Shown: in pieces, positions 12,376-24,800 of the stretch
Numbering within the stretch: position 1 is the stretch's first letter
Layout of the letters: every line of letters begins with the position of its first letter
NCBI GenBank assembly: GCA_013239625.1
Contig: MU053379.1
Coordinates: 3,206,866 to 3,270,865 of the forward strand
Length of the DNA stretch: 64,000 nt
Direction: 5' to 3'
Source of the DNA: Lama guanicoe
Taxonomy: Eukaryota
Program-made: the position numbers and the translations under genes
Notes under the pieces: generated by a model
Databases searched by the model: none
Told to the model about the DNA's origin: nothing
What the model saw: only the letters and a program-made list of their open reading frames with translations

Positions 12376-12965
12376 GAGTCAAATCAAACACGTGGTGGTG
12401 CTGAAGATGCTAAGGAATGAGTGGAAGCCAATTTTAATTATTTTTCATGTGGGTGTTTCATTCAACTCAATGAAGCATTTGTTAAGTGCCTCCCCAAAAC
12501 TTCTGGGGGTGCCTGTGTGAAGACAATCAGGGAACCTCTGGAGGAGGCATGAGCCCCATGACAGTCACCTCCAAGATGTCCTCTGCCCTCTCCGGGGGGC
12601 ATTAAGCCCTGGAACCCTAACGCCCTTCTGAAAATGGGATTGGCGGTATCCTCCCGAACCTACTTCATAAGCTCTGCATGAAGAGACGAAAAGGAGAGTT
12701 GAATGATGTCTTCTAATCTAAGTGAGACAAAGCACGGTCCCGAAGCTGGCGTCTGCCCTCACTGGTGGAGCAAAGGAAGCAAGACAGGACGACACGTGGA
12801 CAGCGTGCTGGTAAACCACGTTTTCCTCGCTCAATCCAAGCACGTGACCCCGGTGGGGAATGTATCAGACGTTTCTTATCTCTGGAAATGGCTTTTTCTG
12901 AGAACTTCAGATTGATTTCAACTAATACTTACTAAATGCCTACTATGTGTCAAGCTCTGTTAGAT

Positions 12966-13530
12966 CAGCGCCGTCCAAGAGAATTGTCCAGGGCGGTGGG
13001 AATGCAGTGTCTCTGCACAGTTCCACATGGGAGCCGCTAGTCTGTGTGGTCACTGAGTGCTTAAAACGTGGCTAATGTGACTGAGGAGCTGAATTCTTAC
13101 TTTTGTTTAACATTCATCAAATTAAAGTTAACTTTAAATGGCCGAGGGGGTGGGGGAGGGAGAAATCCATGAAGGTGGTCAAAAGGTACAAAATTCCAGT
13201 TATAAGATCTGTAAGTGCTGGGGATGTCATGTACAATACAATAAATATAATTAACACTGCTGTGTTTCTGATGTGAAAATCGTTAAAAAAGTAAATCTAA
13301 GAGTTCTCACCAGGTAAAGCTTCTCTTCTATGTGTTGAGTGCTACATCTCTGTGAGGTGACAGAGGCGCGGTAAATTCACTGCAGCCCTCGTCTGGTGAC
13401 GCAGGTACGTCATATCATTATGCTGTGGACCTTAAACGTACCCAGTGTTGGGTGTCAGTTACAGCTCAAGAAAACTGGAAGGAAAAAATGTAAATGGCAG
13501 CATGTGAGCAGTTCCTGCAAGACCAGACAC
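12966..13530. mobile_element. MER3/MER33-type hAT-Charlie MITE, interrupted by L1
   Basis: cagcgccgtccaagagaatt...gagccgctagtctgtgtggtcactgagtgcttaaaacgtggctaatgtgactgaggagctgaatt...ttaaatggc. It resumes as taaatggcagcatgtg at 13491. Confidence 0.7.
13143..13490 (+). mobile_element. L1MA9-like 3' UTR
   Basis: gaaggtggtcaaaaggtacaaaattccagttataag...tatgctgtggaccttaaac...aaaactggaaggaaaaaa. TSD taaatggc at 13135-13142 and 13491-13498. Confidence 0.75.
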
Positions 13531-13749
13531 CGCAGGTTCAGCAACGAGCTAAACAGCTGAAAGTCCTGCCTTCTTGAAGCTTATACTCCAGTGAGAGCCA
13601 CGTGGGGACAGAGAAAAAGATAAACAAGCAAAATACGCAGAAAGTCGGAGAGTGAAAAATGCTATAGGAAAAAAATTAAAACCAAAATGGACTTAGGAAA
13701 GGTCAGAATTCTAAAAAGAGTCACGTGCTCAACTTCTTTTTAATGCCCA

Positions 13750-16700
13750 GTGCATGTCCTGTAAAGGCTTCCGTCTCAGATTTTATTTTAGACCCCGCCT
13801 AAAGCAAACTGTAGAGTCCAGAGTACACGGTTGTTTTGTTTTGTTTTTAACACGTCGGGTTTGGACGGTTGCTTTCATCCTTCTCAACTGTGTCCTCAAA
13901 ATACACTACTTCTCACTTGGTACAATGATCAGGAATAATGTGTAGCTTAATGGAACTTCTCCATTAAAAGGTTTTGGAAATAATATATAAAATTAATGGT
14001 TTACAAGAATAGTTTTAGACACTTGAAAACACAGCTAACCTAAAGACCTCTGCTGCTCCGTGAATATGTTCATTCCCTGGCTAAAAATGAATCCCAAAAT
14101 TGGTTTTGATTTTTATTTAAAATTCAAATGTCTGATGTCCTCAGATTGAACAAATGATGTTTAAAAATATCTATATCAGCCTCCAACATCTGCAGCTTGC
14201 AAGTTACATTTTGAAATTGGCTGCTTGAAATGAACGCGGAGGAGCAGTGCCTGCCTCTCTTCCTCCCTCGGTTAATGAAATGGGAGAGGTCAACCCTTTG
14301 TCCTTAAATTAGTTCCCATAAAAATCTTTTTGTGCTTTGCAGCTTGTTATGATGTCTCCAGGCTGAAGGAAACGTTGCCGTTAATTACGTCTTTGTTGAA
14401 TATGGATATCTATTCAGAGTTAGTTGCACAGTTTCAAACAGAATCAGCATCGAGCCACACTCGGCCAGCTTTGGGTTGGTTATCAAGAGTGTCTCTCTCG
14501 CTCTCTCTCTTTTTCCTTTTCCTTTTCTCCTTTAAAAAAATTTTTTAAATCACTAAGAGAATGCTCTTCCGCAAGTGTGCATTATCTCATATATTCAGCT
14601 TTCAGTTGCTACTTTTTTCCAGATGAAGATGAGCTTAATTGAAATTGTCCTTTTAAGTTTGTAGAGCCCTTCAGCATCTCACACAAAGGCATGTAGAGGC
14701 TTTTCATTTGTCTTGAGTATGTTTCAGATGTACAAATATTATTTACTTTAAACTACGAATCAAAAGGTGCACTGTAACTGTTTTAAATAAAACGTTAGTC
14801 AGGACTGAAATATATATAAATCCAAAGCCAGGCCTTTTTTTTTTCTTCCCATTATCAAATCATTTATGGGAATGGAGCTCAGGTAACAAATTTTAGGATG
14901 CGTATTGGAGGCACGGGTTAGCAACACACTTCAAGCAAGCACTTAATAAGGGAACTTATTTTCAGCCCTCCAAAGATAAATATTACAGATCCACTCAACA
15001 GGGAGGTGGTGAAGTTAGTTCCTATTTCAGATGCTCCCGAGTGTTTGCATGAATTGGTGGGAGAAAGCTTGGTTTTGAAGCAGGAAGGTTGACCAGAGAA
15101 AGGTGCCCAGTGTGCTCATCTGCGGGGGCGTTCTGAAGAAATGAAGGGAAACATTCAACTCCGGGCTCGGCGCTATAAACCCAGTTTGTAGGATGAGGGT
15201 CATGAAGGCTGGTGACTGGGACTCCAGCCCTGGGATGGAAACCCTGTTTTGAGAGCATTTAAATCAAGATATCTCAGGGAATATGGAAGAAACTGTGGAA
15301 AAAAATGGAAGATCGCTTTTTATTTTCCATGAAAGAAAAACAATGAAGCCCCAAATATTACACTAACAAAGTAGATGAAGTAACGTAAGAATAAAATTCT
15401 CAAACATTCGCGACTGTAGGAAAGACAAAGGGTGTGAATCTTTCTCTTCCCCTCGACGAGGGGTTTGTTTAGTGTCTTTAAAATATTTTGCAGTGATTTC
15501 TGTGTTCTTTCCTTTTTTCCTTCGGTTCCTTTCCTGAGCACAGACCCGGAGAGTCCCTTGTTGCAAAGCGTTCCCGGGGACGGGCGCTTACCTTGCGTGG
15601 CTTCTAAGTGTAACACACATTTTTCATTTTAAATGGGAGCTCCCAGCGCTGTTGTGTGGAAGGGTTCCAGGCCCCCCGGTTATCGCCCCGTCTCCTTGAG
15701 CTGAGCCTCCGGGAAAAAAAAATGTGAAGGAGGTGGCCCTCTGGAATGAATAAATTCTGTCGCTGCCTGTAATTATTTATTAAAACAGATTAAAGAAATA
15801 GGCTAAAAAGGAATCCGCCACCCATGTTAGAGTCAGCATAATAAGAGGACGCAGAAAGGGAAAATTAACACCCGGAGGAAAGAATGTCAGATATGCGTGT
15901 CTGGGAGCACAGCCGCCGCATCGCTGGCCCCACGGAGACACACTCGGGGCTTTCATTCCGCAGGGCGGGCTGTGCCGATGGAAACGGGGAGGGGGGGGTT
16001 ACTAACACGGATGTGTGTCTCTAATTAACATTAGAATTGAGTGGTAAACACAAGCAGGAGAGAATTCAAGAGAGAGACAGGCTACCAGAGGAGCCAGAGT
16101 GTTGGGGTGGGGGGCGGAGGAGGCAGGTTCCAGGGAAGAAATCGGTCAGCTCTTGGTCAGACGCGCTTAATTTTGTCACTTGAGTCAAAACTGGAGACCC
16201 GTCTCCTAGCACAACGGCTTCTGTGCTCAGTGGGCACTGTACTTACAGGCGCCTTTATTGTGGGAGAATTTTATCAACTGCGCACACCGTCATCAAACCA
16301 TCTCGGGGGTCAGCTTTCCACTTGTGCCCTTTAGCTCTTAGAAAGGTACTTTTATGGTGTCCTCTAACGTATAGGATTTATCTTCGGTTCTGAGAAGGGC
16401 TTTTAAACGTAATCCCTCGCTGGAGCACTAATTTGCTTCTTCAGCCTGGAAACACTACTTGCCAATGACTTTCACCAGATTCAGTATCTTTTCTTTAGCG
16501 CGGACGGCCCTCGAGAAACGTGGGTGTGTGTTAATTCTGTGTTTTGTTTCCTTGCTGCTGTTGCTGCTTGTGGCAACGGGGGGTGGGTACAGTGGTTGGA
16601 GGGGGGGTTTTGATCACAGATGCCAGTGTCATTAGTGTATTTCTTCTTGTTTTAGTCCAAAAAATCTAACTGGAAGTGATTTGCAAACAGTTACCTTAAA

Positions 16701-19500
16701 ATATTTCAAATCGCATGTGATTAAAGAAAACAAAAACTACCACCAATTTTTAAACAAGGAGACTTAATTGAAGATGTGCTTTAATACGGCACAACTTATT
16801 TACGCTTTTTTATTCCGGTTTTTCCCGTGATATTTGTGTGTAGCGTTATGCCATGATGTTTACGTGTGAAAAACAATACATCTGCATATGTTTTCTGAAA
16901 GAAAGCCTCTCTCTGGGAAAATGAACATTTTTTCCCTTTTCTTATGTTCTTGGAAATGATTTATCAAAACAGCAAAACAACTCACTGGGAAAGCTGTGTG
17001 ATCTGTAAAAACAACCAGCGTTTTACTTCCTTTCATACTTAGAAGGTAAAATCTTGCAGAGACCAAAAAAAAGGCTCCAGAATCCTTTTAACCTTATGAT
17101 ACTCCTGAATTTTACTGAAGCCCCTGTGTAACCACTTTACTTAACCAATTTAATGACGTGTGTGCTTTTTCCTATTATTTAATGCTCAGCCCCAAAAAAT
17201 TATGTCCAAAGAATATTTACATGTCCTGCATAATATCTGCCTTTCCTTGTATTTGTTGGGAAAACATACAAACACACACACACACACACACACACGAAAT
17301 ATCCAGAGAAATGCTTTGGATTGATTCTTCTAAAAGTCGTACAAGCTCCATGTAGAGAGCGCTGGAAAGACATTCACACATGAACAGAAAGCCATGACCC
17401 CCGGCGTCTTGGTTCAGAAAAGGAAGCCGCGGTACAAGGCTGTGCAGCTGGAAACGCCACCCCTCTGGCTCTCCCCACCCAAAGTTATTACCGTGTGAAC
17501 ACCGTTCATTAGCTTCACCAATATTGTGCTTCTGTTTATCTGCCCATTACCATCTTAACAAAGTAAATCATCCCTATTCTGCCCAGATCGCATCCCAGGC
17601 CCCCCGCCCCACCTCCGAAAACCGGCATTTGTTACCCATAAACAGGGCAGACGCTCACTCGGTGATAAGTAAAATAGCTGAAATTGAATTTTCCTCCGAA
17701 TGATTTAGTGAATACTAGAACACATTTTTACTTTGTTGTTTAGACTCAAGAAGGCATAAAATCTCTGCCGTCTATTTATCACGGAGTTATTTTAATGTAA
17801 ACATGTGTCCATTTAGATGAAGTGTTTTCATTATTAAGCTAATTCCGACGGGCCTCAGACAGACCCAGAGAAGGGAGCACAGCTCTTGCTGACGGGGCCC
17901 TGAAGTCTGCCTGGACTCCGCCTGCAGTCACATACGTCTTCATTAGTTTTTTGTCATTCACCGGCAGCAATCGCTGTATAAACGCTGTGTATCAGGCCCG
18001 CCTTGATAACTGGTCTTATCTCATTAGTTTTCACATCAAAGGTAATCAGCAATGTGAATTGTAATTGCTGGAGGAGACACGGCCTAGATCGCTGGTCGGG
18101 TTTTTTCCCCCCTGTATGGCATCTTGAAACATCAGCGGGCTGGTTGGAGCAGATAGGCTCGGACGGAAAACGATGTGAAAGGCATAATAAGCAAGCTGCT
18201 CGGAATTAATGAGCTAACCCAATAAGAAAAGAATGGCCAATCAATGTGATTTGGGCAAATATAATTTAGAAATAATTGCTTGATTGGTTGCCTAGAGTAG
18301 ACTGATTTGACCACACACCAGGATGAAGAATTAAGATGTCAAGGCGAAAAATAATTTGGCAACTGAGGGCATGTCGTTTCTCTTTTTGTTTCCTTCCCTT
18401 TATGATTGAAAGAGATGGGTGCTTGATACGCTCTTCGCCAGAATGAAAACATTAGACGCTGTCCTTCTCTTTCTGTTCTGTCACAATGAAGGCCCATTCA
18501 GAGCACAATCGTGATACTCCTGGACGGGACATGAAAAAGGTGCAGATTAAGAGAGAGAGAGTGTGTGTGTTCCCATTTACGGCAGTCACGCCGGAGGATG
18601 GATGGGTTGGTCCAAGGTGCTTGCATCTGCGCTGAGCTGCAGCACCATTTGCAGGCACTGCCAAGTGACGGATGCGGATACTTACAAGATCCGTCAGTCC
18701 TCTGTCCCAGGCCCAGGAAGTCCGGCGCCCACACTCCCATGTTCGCCGGGCAAGTCTCCCTCCGGCTCATCACCAATTAGCAAAGGGCCCTTGCTATACA
18801 GTCTTCTGTCCAAACTACTGGGGAGGTTCAGCCAGAAGGTAAATTTGCTTTGATCTACATTACACCTAATTGAGCCACCAGCAATGTCTTTATCCCAACA
18901 TCAAGAAATGTGAAAATGTTAGATTATTTCACTGGGGATTAAACCTAATTTTCGCGTGTTCTGCATTAACCTATTAGGCTCCCTCATCTGCATTGCTAAT
19001 ACAGTGGAGGCAGCTGTCACAGCTAAAGAAAAACATGATCACGCAATCCTTGAATGAATGATTCCCGGCCTGATTAGTTTTAGTGAAGTTAGCTGAGCCC
19101 TGGTGATAAGGAAGGAAAATTCCCAGGTTGCCAATAGCTTTGAAAATTATCAGACTGTAGGCAAAAAATATACCTCATGATTCACAGGCTCCGGTCCAAA
19201 TGCCGAGTTGAGTGACATTATTTAAGACTGACTAAGGCTAACTCGAATTGTCACTCGCATAAATGTTTGTGTTTATTTTAAGGGACTAATGTAATGAATG
19301 CAGATTTAAATGCTAATAGAAGCCAGCCAGACACATAAAACCCCCAGGCGTTGTTACTCTGTTGGTCTTTTATTAACACAGATTAAATTGTAATATTTTC
19401 TAGATGAACTGGCAAAATCAGAAAGATGCATTGCCCCCCAGAACGCTGGATCAGAACGACTCTTGCAGGACGTCTAGTTTTCTTGTTGGTGCACAGACCA
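13750..19500. promoter_or_regulatory. Repeat-poor block, candidate conserved enhancer cluster
   Basis: About 5.7 kb with no interspersed repeat I can recognise. It is AT-rich and dense in TAAT/ATTA, with a TCF/LEF site ACATCAAAGG (18033-18042) and GATA sites (about 18004 and 18015). Confidence 0.5.
17272..17295. repeat. (CA)n microsatellite
   Basis: Uninterrupted (CA)n run directly visible. Confidence 0.9.
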
Positions 19501-19552
19501 TCTTCCTGACTCTCCTTGTTGGGTTTCTTTCTTTCTTTTTTTTTTTTTTTAA

Positions 19553-19613
19553 NNNNNNNNNNNNNNNNNNNNNNNNNNNNNNNNNNNNNNNNNNNNNNNN
19601 NNNNNNNNNNNNN
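19553..19613. other. Assembly gap (61 N)
   Basis: Run of N flanked by poly-T on both sides. Confidence 0.99.
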
Positions 19614-20099
19614 TTTTTTTTTTTTTTTAAGAAAATTAGGGGGAAAAATTTTTTTTACAAGAATAAAAAGTGGTTTCTGCTCATTAACCACATGGCTCTC
19701 TGCCTGTCCTCTGACCTGCAAGGGGTGGGCAGAGTGTTCCCATCCCTGCGCTTTGTTTGCTGAGAGGCAGGCTTTGCTGCAGTTTGGAGTCTGTACTTGG
19801 GTCTCTGCATTTGATTTCAGAGGCGAGACAGGCACCATGATGGGCTTCAGAGGTGGAAATGTTCCAGCGAGTCCGGTGGCTGCAAATAGAGCGAGGAGTC
19901 CCCGTAATCCGATTAGCAGTTCTGGACAATGGGCCGGCCCCACCCCTTGTGGACAGAAGCCTTCACTCTATTTGTTTCTATTAGCCAAGAATCTGTTATC
20001 AGAAAAGTGGAATTTTGCCCCATCAGATTGCCCAGACAATCAACAGAAAATAAATGAGGAAACAGTCTAATGTGTCAATATTCACCCTTTGGCCCTAAT

Positions 20100-20640
20100 A
20101 GCCGGCGGGGAGGACCCAAGGCGCGCGGGCCGGGCGGTTCCCCCGCGTGTCCCGGAGCGCGCCGCGCACGCGCAGGCGCCGGAGCCGCTGCCTTCCCCGG
20201 AGGTGCCGCTCAGAGGCCAGAGCACTGGCCGGAGGGTCCAGGCATTTTAAAGGTCTGAGGACCCTGGTTGGGAGAGCCAGGGAGAGCCCTCGATGGCCGG
20301 GGGAAGCCCAGCCAATCACAAGGCCTCCTTGAGTCCCCACCGGCCAGGACCCCTCCCGAGGGACCACGCCCCGCAACTTATCTGGACGGGGGACAATGCC
20401 GGTGAACGGAGCCCTGGCCTCGCTCCGCTGAAGGGCAACCTCCCCCAGGCCCGGACAGGAGCTGTGCCTCCGGATTCGCCCCCAGAAGCAGCAAGTGGAT
20501 CCAGTCACCGAGCACAGCGCGCACCGGGTTGGCCGCAGGCCGGGAGCTAAGGGCTCCCTTCGCTCCCGCGGGACCTGCAGCGTCCAGGAGGCCGCATCGC
20601 GTTAGACCACGGATCGCTGTGCCTGTTAACAAGCCGACAG
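20100..20640. promoter_or_regulatory. Orphan CpG-island-like segment 2 with promoter-type motifs
   Basis: CpG-dense, with overlapping NRF1-like GCGCACGCGC and GCGCAGGCGC (20164-20179) and an NF-Y-type AGCCAATCA (about 20310-20318). Confidence 0.6.
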
Positions 20641-20954
20641 TAACCAGTTCCAGATATTATCTTGTAGTAAATCAGATCTGCCTTCCTCATGATAGCAGAG
20701 TTCAGAAGGCTGAGACAAATTCTTCTTCTAAACATACATTTCTTTGAATTCTGCATTACTCACTAGTAGGTAATTTTCTCTTTGTGCAGTTCTACTGGGC
20801 TCATTGTTTCTCTAATAATGTGACGTGTCATCACAATGCGAAACATCTTTGACCTCCAATAAAAGCCTCTCAGAGACACAGGTGAGGGGCATTAACATTA
20901 GCATCTGTCTCAATACCTGTGAACGCCTGGGAGATGCCCGGCTGTATTTGACAG

Positions 20955-21395
20955 TGTGTCAGCTTCCCATTGCTGCTATAACTAATTAGCATAAACTTGG
21001 TGGCTTAAAATGATACAAATGTATTCTTTTACAGTTCTGGACGTCAGAAGTCCAAAATGTGTCTTAATGGGCTAAAATCAAGGATCAACTGAACCGATTC
21101 CTTCTGGAGGCTCCAGGAGAGAATCCACTCCCTGACTTTTCCGGTTTTTAGCAACTATGGCATCGGTGGCTCAGGGCTGCACGACTCCTGCCTCTGCTTC
21201 CATCCTCAAGCCCCCTTCTCCCCTGTTACAAAGATTCTCATGAACACACTGGGCCAACCAGGTATTCCAGAATAATCTCCCCTTCTCAAGATCCTTAACG
21301 TGATCCAATCTGAGAAGTCCCTTTTGCCACAGAATAACATTCACTCAGGGATTAGGACTCAGGCTCCGTGGAGGGGCCGTGACTCAGCTCCCACA
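20955..21395 (-). mobile_element. MLT1C-like LTR, near full length
   Basis: tgtgtcagcttcccattgctgctataactaattagcataaacttggtggcttaaaa...cagttctggacgtcagaagtcc...ccttctggaggctccaggagagaatcc...aagtcccttttgccac. Confidence 0.85.
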
Positions 21396-21434
21396 ACGTG
21401 CAGTAGATTCTGGGAAGACAGGCCAAGTGCTTGT

Positions 21435-21770
21435 CAATCACTCATTTGTTCATTTGTTTGTCCATCTGCAAATCTTGATCCATGAGCACCGTGCTTGGCA
21501 CTAGGGCTCCCACAGGGGGCAGAACAGTGCTCACAGCTGGAGCGTAGAACCTAGGGAGTGAGCTCGCCAGCCACGGAAGAATCCTGCTGAAAATCAGTTC
21601 ACTGCTGTTGGGGTGCGACAGGAAGGGAACAGTTCAGGGGTAGGATGACGAGGCCACTAGACCTAATGCAGCCGGGGTGGGACCTGGTATCCAGAAGTTC
21701 CTCCCTGAGAAAACAATGTTTAAGCTGGGAGCTGAGGGAGGCATTGGAATTCGCCAGCGGAAGAGGCGGG
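21435..21770 (-). mobile_element. L2 fragment
   Basis: tcactcatttgttcatttgtttgtccatctgcaaatcttgatccatgagcacc...ctcacagctggagcgtaga...aagttcctccctgagaaaacaatgtttaagctggg. Confidence 0.5.
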
Positions 21771-21867
21771 GGAAAGGGGAGAAAACCACAAAGACAAAAT
21801 GACCATCCAAGCCTCAAATAATTGTCAACATGGAGGAGAAGGTGGAATTGCAGTGACAATGATTTTT

Positions 21868-22008
21868 TTTTTTAGGTTTTTTTCTTTATGGAGGGGGAGG
21901 TAACTAGGTTTACTTATATATTTACTTTCAGAGGAGGTACTGGGGATTGAACCCAAGACCCTGTGCACACTAAGCAAGTGCTCTACCACTTGAACTATGC
22001 CCTCCCCC
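21868..22008 (-). mobile_element. Camelid tRNA-derived SINE (Vic-1 type)
   Basis: Reverse complement ggggagggcatagttcaagtggtagagcacttgcttagtgtgcacagggtcttgggttcaatccccagtacctcc carries A and B boxes. TSD gacaatgattttt at 21855-21867 and 22009-22021. Confidence 0.9.
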
Positions 22009-22164
22009 GACAATGATTTTTACTGTCTGCTGTAGTCAACGTCGGGCACCCTGTTCTGAGTGAGCATCAATGCTTGTGTTACTTCCTAAAAAATGGCAAA
22101 GAACTTTCTGCCAAATAGCTGATCTGTATCCTTCAAAAGTGTCAATATCACAAAACATAGATCT

Positions 22165-22675
22165 GCTTTTTGCCTCTGTAGGGTTGCCAATTCCGGATAT
22201 TTGATATAAGTGGAATCACACGACATGCAGTCTTTTGTGACTGGCTTCTGTCCCAAAGCACAATGCCGCCACAGTTTGTAGCACATATCAGTGCTTCATT
22301 TCTTTTTATTGTCAAATACTGTCCTGTTGTATGGATATGCCACATTTTGTGTAGCCAGTAAGCATTGATTTATTTTGACTTTTTGGCCATTATGAATAAT
22401 ACTGCTAGGAGCATCTACATACAAGTCTTTGTGTGGAAAGACTTCATGTCTCCTGGGTGTAGCCTAGGAGTGGAACCGCTGGGTCCTGTGCTAACTCTGT
22501 GTTCTGAGGTGCTGTCAGTCTGTTTTCCAGGACGGCTGTACCACTTCTCACTCCTATCAACAATGTGTGAGGGTTCCAGTTTCTCCCCATCCTTACCATC
22601 ACTTGTTCTTTTCTGCCTTTTACATCCTAGCCATCCTCGCAGATGTGAGGTGGTGGTTCACCGTGGTTTTGATTC
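22165..22675 (-). mobile_element. L1MB-like LINE fragment (ORF2 end and 3' UTR)
   Basis: ggatatttgatataagtggaatcacacgacatgcagtcttttgtgactggcttc...ggccattatgaataatactgct...gtgaggtggtggttcaccgtggttttgatt. Confidence 0.8.
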
Positions 22676-22990
22676 TTTCCACCATGCCTGAAACTTTTCT
22701 ATAAAAGTGTGACATTACATCAAAATTAAAAATTAAAAGAAAAATGTTTTGTACCATAATTACTTGGTAATGAAAGGACTTGGGGTGGGGGGAGTCTTAC
22801 CTTCTTAAGCTGAGCTAATGAACCAAGAAATAGACCCTGAGGACCCAAGCAGAGCTAGTGACTTGAGTTCAGTGCTTCGATTCATTCACTCAAAAAATAT
22901 TTATCAAGCCCCACTTCTAATAAGTTAATATTAAGTCAAATACGGGGAAATATGCGCTGCTGTCCTTTCCATGTAAAAGTGAACTGCTCT

Positions 22991-23137
22991 GGGGAGAGGG
23001 TAGAGCTCAGTGGCAGAGTGTATGCTAAGCATGCACGAGGTCCTGGGTTCAATCCCTGGTACCTCTGTTCAAGAATAAATAAACAAACCTAATTACCTCC
23101 TCTCCAACCCTCCCCCCCCGAAAAATAATAAAAAATA
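22991..23137 (+). mobile_element. Camelid tRNA-derived SINE (Vic-1 type)
   Basis: ggggagagggtagagctcagtggcagagtgtatgctaagcatgcacgaggtcctgggttcaatccctggtacctc...aaacctaattacctcc, then an A tail. TSD aaaagtgaactgct at 22975-22988 and 23138-23151. Confidence 0.9.
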
Positions 23138-24357
23138 AAAAGTGAACTGCTTCTGAAGCTCTTTCCTGATGGGGATTGAAAATAACAGAGTCACAAGTGC
23201 AATCAGTGCACACAAGTGCCGAGGGCCAGGTGTATCTGTCCGAGTAAGACGCCACATTCAGCACTGTGGCTATGGGTAGCGCCATCATTTGGTAAAGCTT
23301 ATGGCGTTCGCTGTCACTGGCCATAATCCATCTAGTTTTGGCAGACGCTCACACAGGTGAATTCAGTGAGGAAACGATGGGGACCACCACCCCGGCGCTA
23401 TGAACTCTTGGAGAGTTGCTGCGATCCCTCCTGAGGTGCGTTCTGATTTACTGCCTCAGCCAGGACAGGGGAGGAATGGTTCCAGGGGCTTCCACTTGGT
23501 CTACCCTTCCACAGTATCCCAACCCACTTGACAGGGAACCAGAGTGAGGATTCTGCAGGCTGCCGAGGACCTCCATCCTGACCGTGCATGTGAGGACCGG
23601 GAAGGGAGCCTCAGATGGGCACGAGGACTCACTGGTAACGCCGTTAGACGGACACGGGCTAGAATTCAACTTGCCACCCGATCTGCATAAACCCCCCAGG
23701 GTCGCAGGGCTTCTTTAGACCCCTTGGTGCACGTCGTCTCAGCTCTGTGCCACACAGCTCCCCGACGCTGGCGTGTTTCCTTTCTTCCAGCACACATTAC
23801 TGTGGCAAATAGCCGATGCGGTCTAATCAACTGGGAACCAGGTAAGACACAGGAAAAGTCTGTCGAAGAATGTAGAGGAAGCTCAAACATTGCAGACCCA
23901 TGGAAAGAACACGCATGGACTTTGGATCCACGCGTATCCAGGTTGGACGCCTGTCCCACCACTTGTTGGCTGGGTGAGGCTCAGGATCGCCTGTAACGTG
24001 GGGTTGTTAATGCTTACCTTGCAGGGACATTCCAAATAAATACACAGTGCAGAAGGGCACGGCACAGAGCAGGCTGTCATTAAATAAGTAGCTGTTTCTA
24101 TCAAGGTTACAAATGGAGTGTCCAATTGGCCATGGTTCATGGGGCCCATGAATGTGCACGCAGTACAGTCTTAGCAACTAGGATTTTGAGAGCTTTCTGA
24201 GAATGGAACCGTGTCACCTGGAACTCTGGGGTAAAAGGACAATGAGAACCAGCATACAATAAAGACCGTGTGTCTTTGGGGCAATCGGATTTTACCAAGG
24301 AGCAGGAATTTAGTCTGAGACAATATGGTAATGAAAACAAGGAGACAGATTTGTAGA

Positions 24358-24800
24358 CTGCCTTAGTTTGGATTCTGCAGAAACAGAGCCTGAGTAGGGC
24401 CTTGGGCGCTGTGGCTCATTTGGGAGGTGACTCCGAGACGGGAATGGGGAGAGTCTTACAGAGGAGGAAACTCTAGTAAAATGTGTGTTCAGATTGTGAC
24501 CCCTGCGGGCTACTGAGGAGCAGTTCTGCTGGGAAATCATGTAAATTTTCCTTCTGTATTGTCCCTTCAAAAGACTAGATGTTGAGAAATTTATCTTTTA
24601 ACTCCTAACAGCCGCTGTTGGGGTTACCCCAGAGGCATTGGTTCCAGCCTGCTCGGGGGCATCCAGGGTTGCGTGAGCTCCCGTGATGCTGAGAACCCTA
24701 ACCGGACACGCAGAGCTTGTGACGGGGCCTTGGTGTGGGACACTGAAACGTGCTTGGGAGACACCTACCACAGCTAAAGTGAGAGGCAGGCCTTGGGCGT
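24358..24800 (-). mobile_element. LTR33-like ERVL LTR
   Basis: tgccttagtttggattctgcagaaacagagcctgag...tttgggaggtgactcc. Confidence 0.55.

Larger units (their letters stand above)
12915..13680 (-). mobile_element. L2 fragment, outer element of a nested insertion
   Basis: ttcaactaatacttactaaatgcctactatgtgtcaagctctgtt (12916-12961) resumes at about 13535 with aaagtcctgccttcttgaagcttatactccagtgag...aaacaagcaaaata. Confidence 0.6.

Noticed and set aside
22991..23065. tRNA gene (A and B boxes present), likewise the other four copies
   Set aside because: The A-rich tails, TSDs and divergence among copies show these are SINEs, not tRNA genes.
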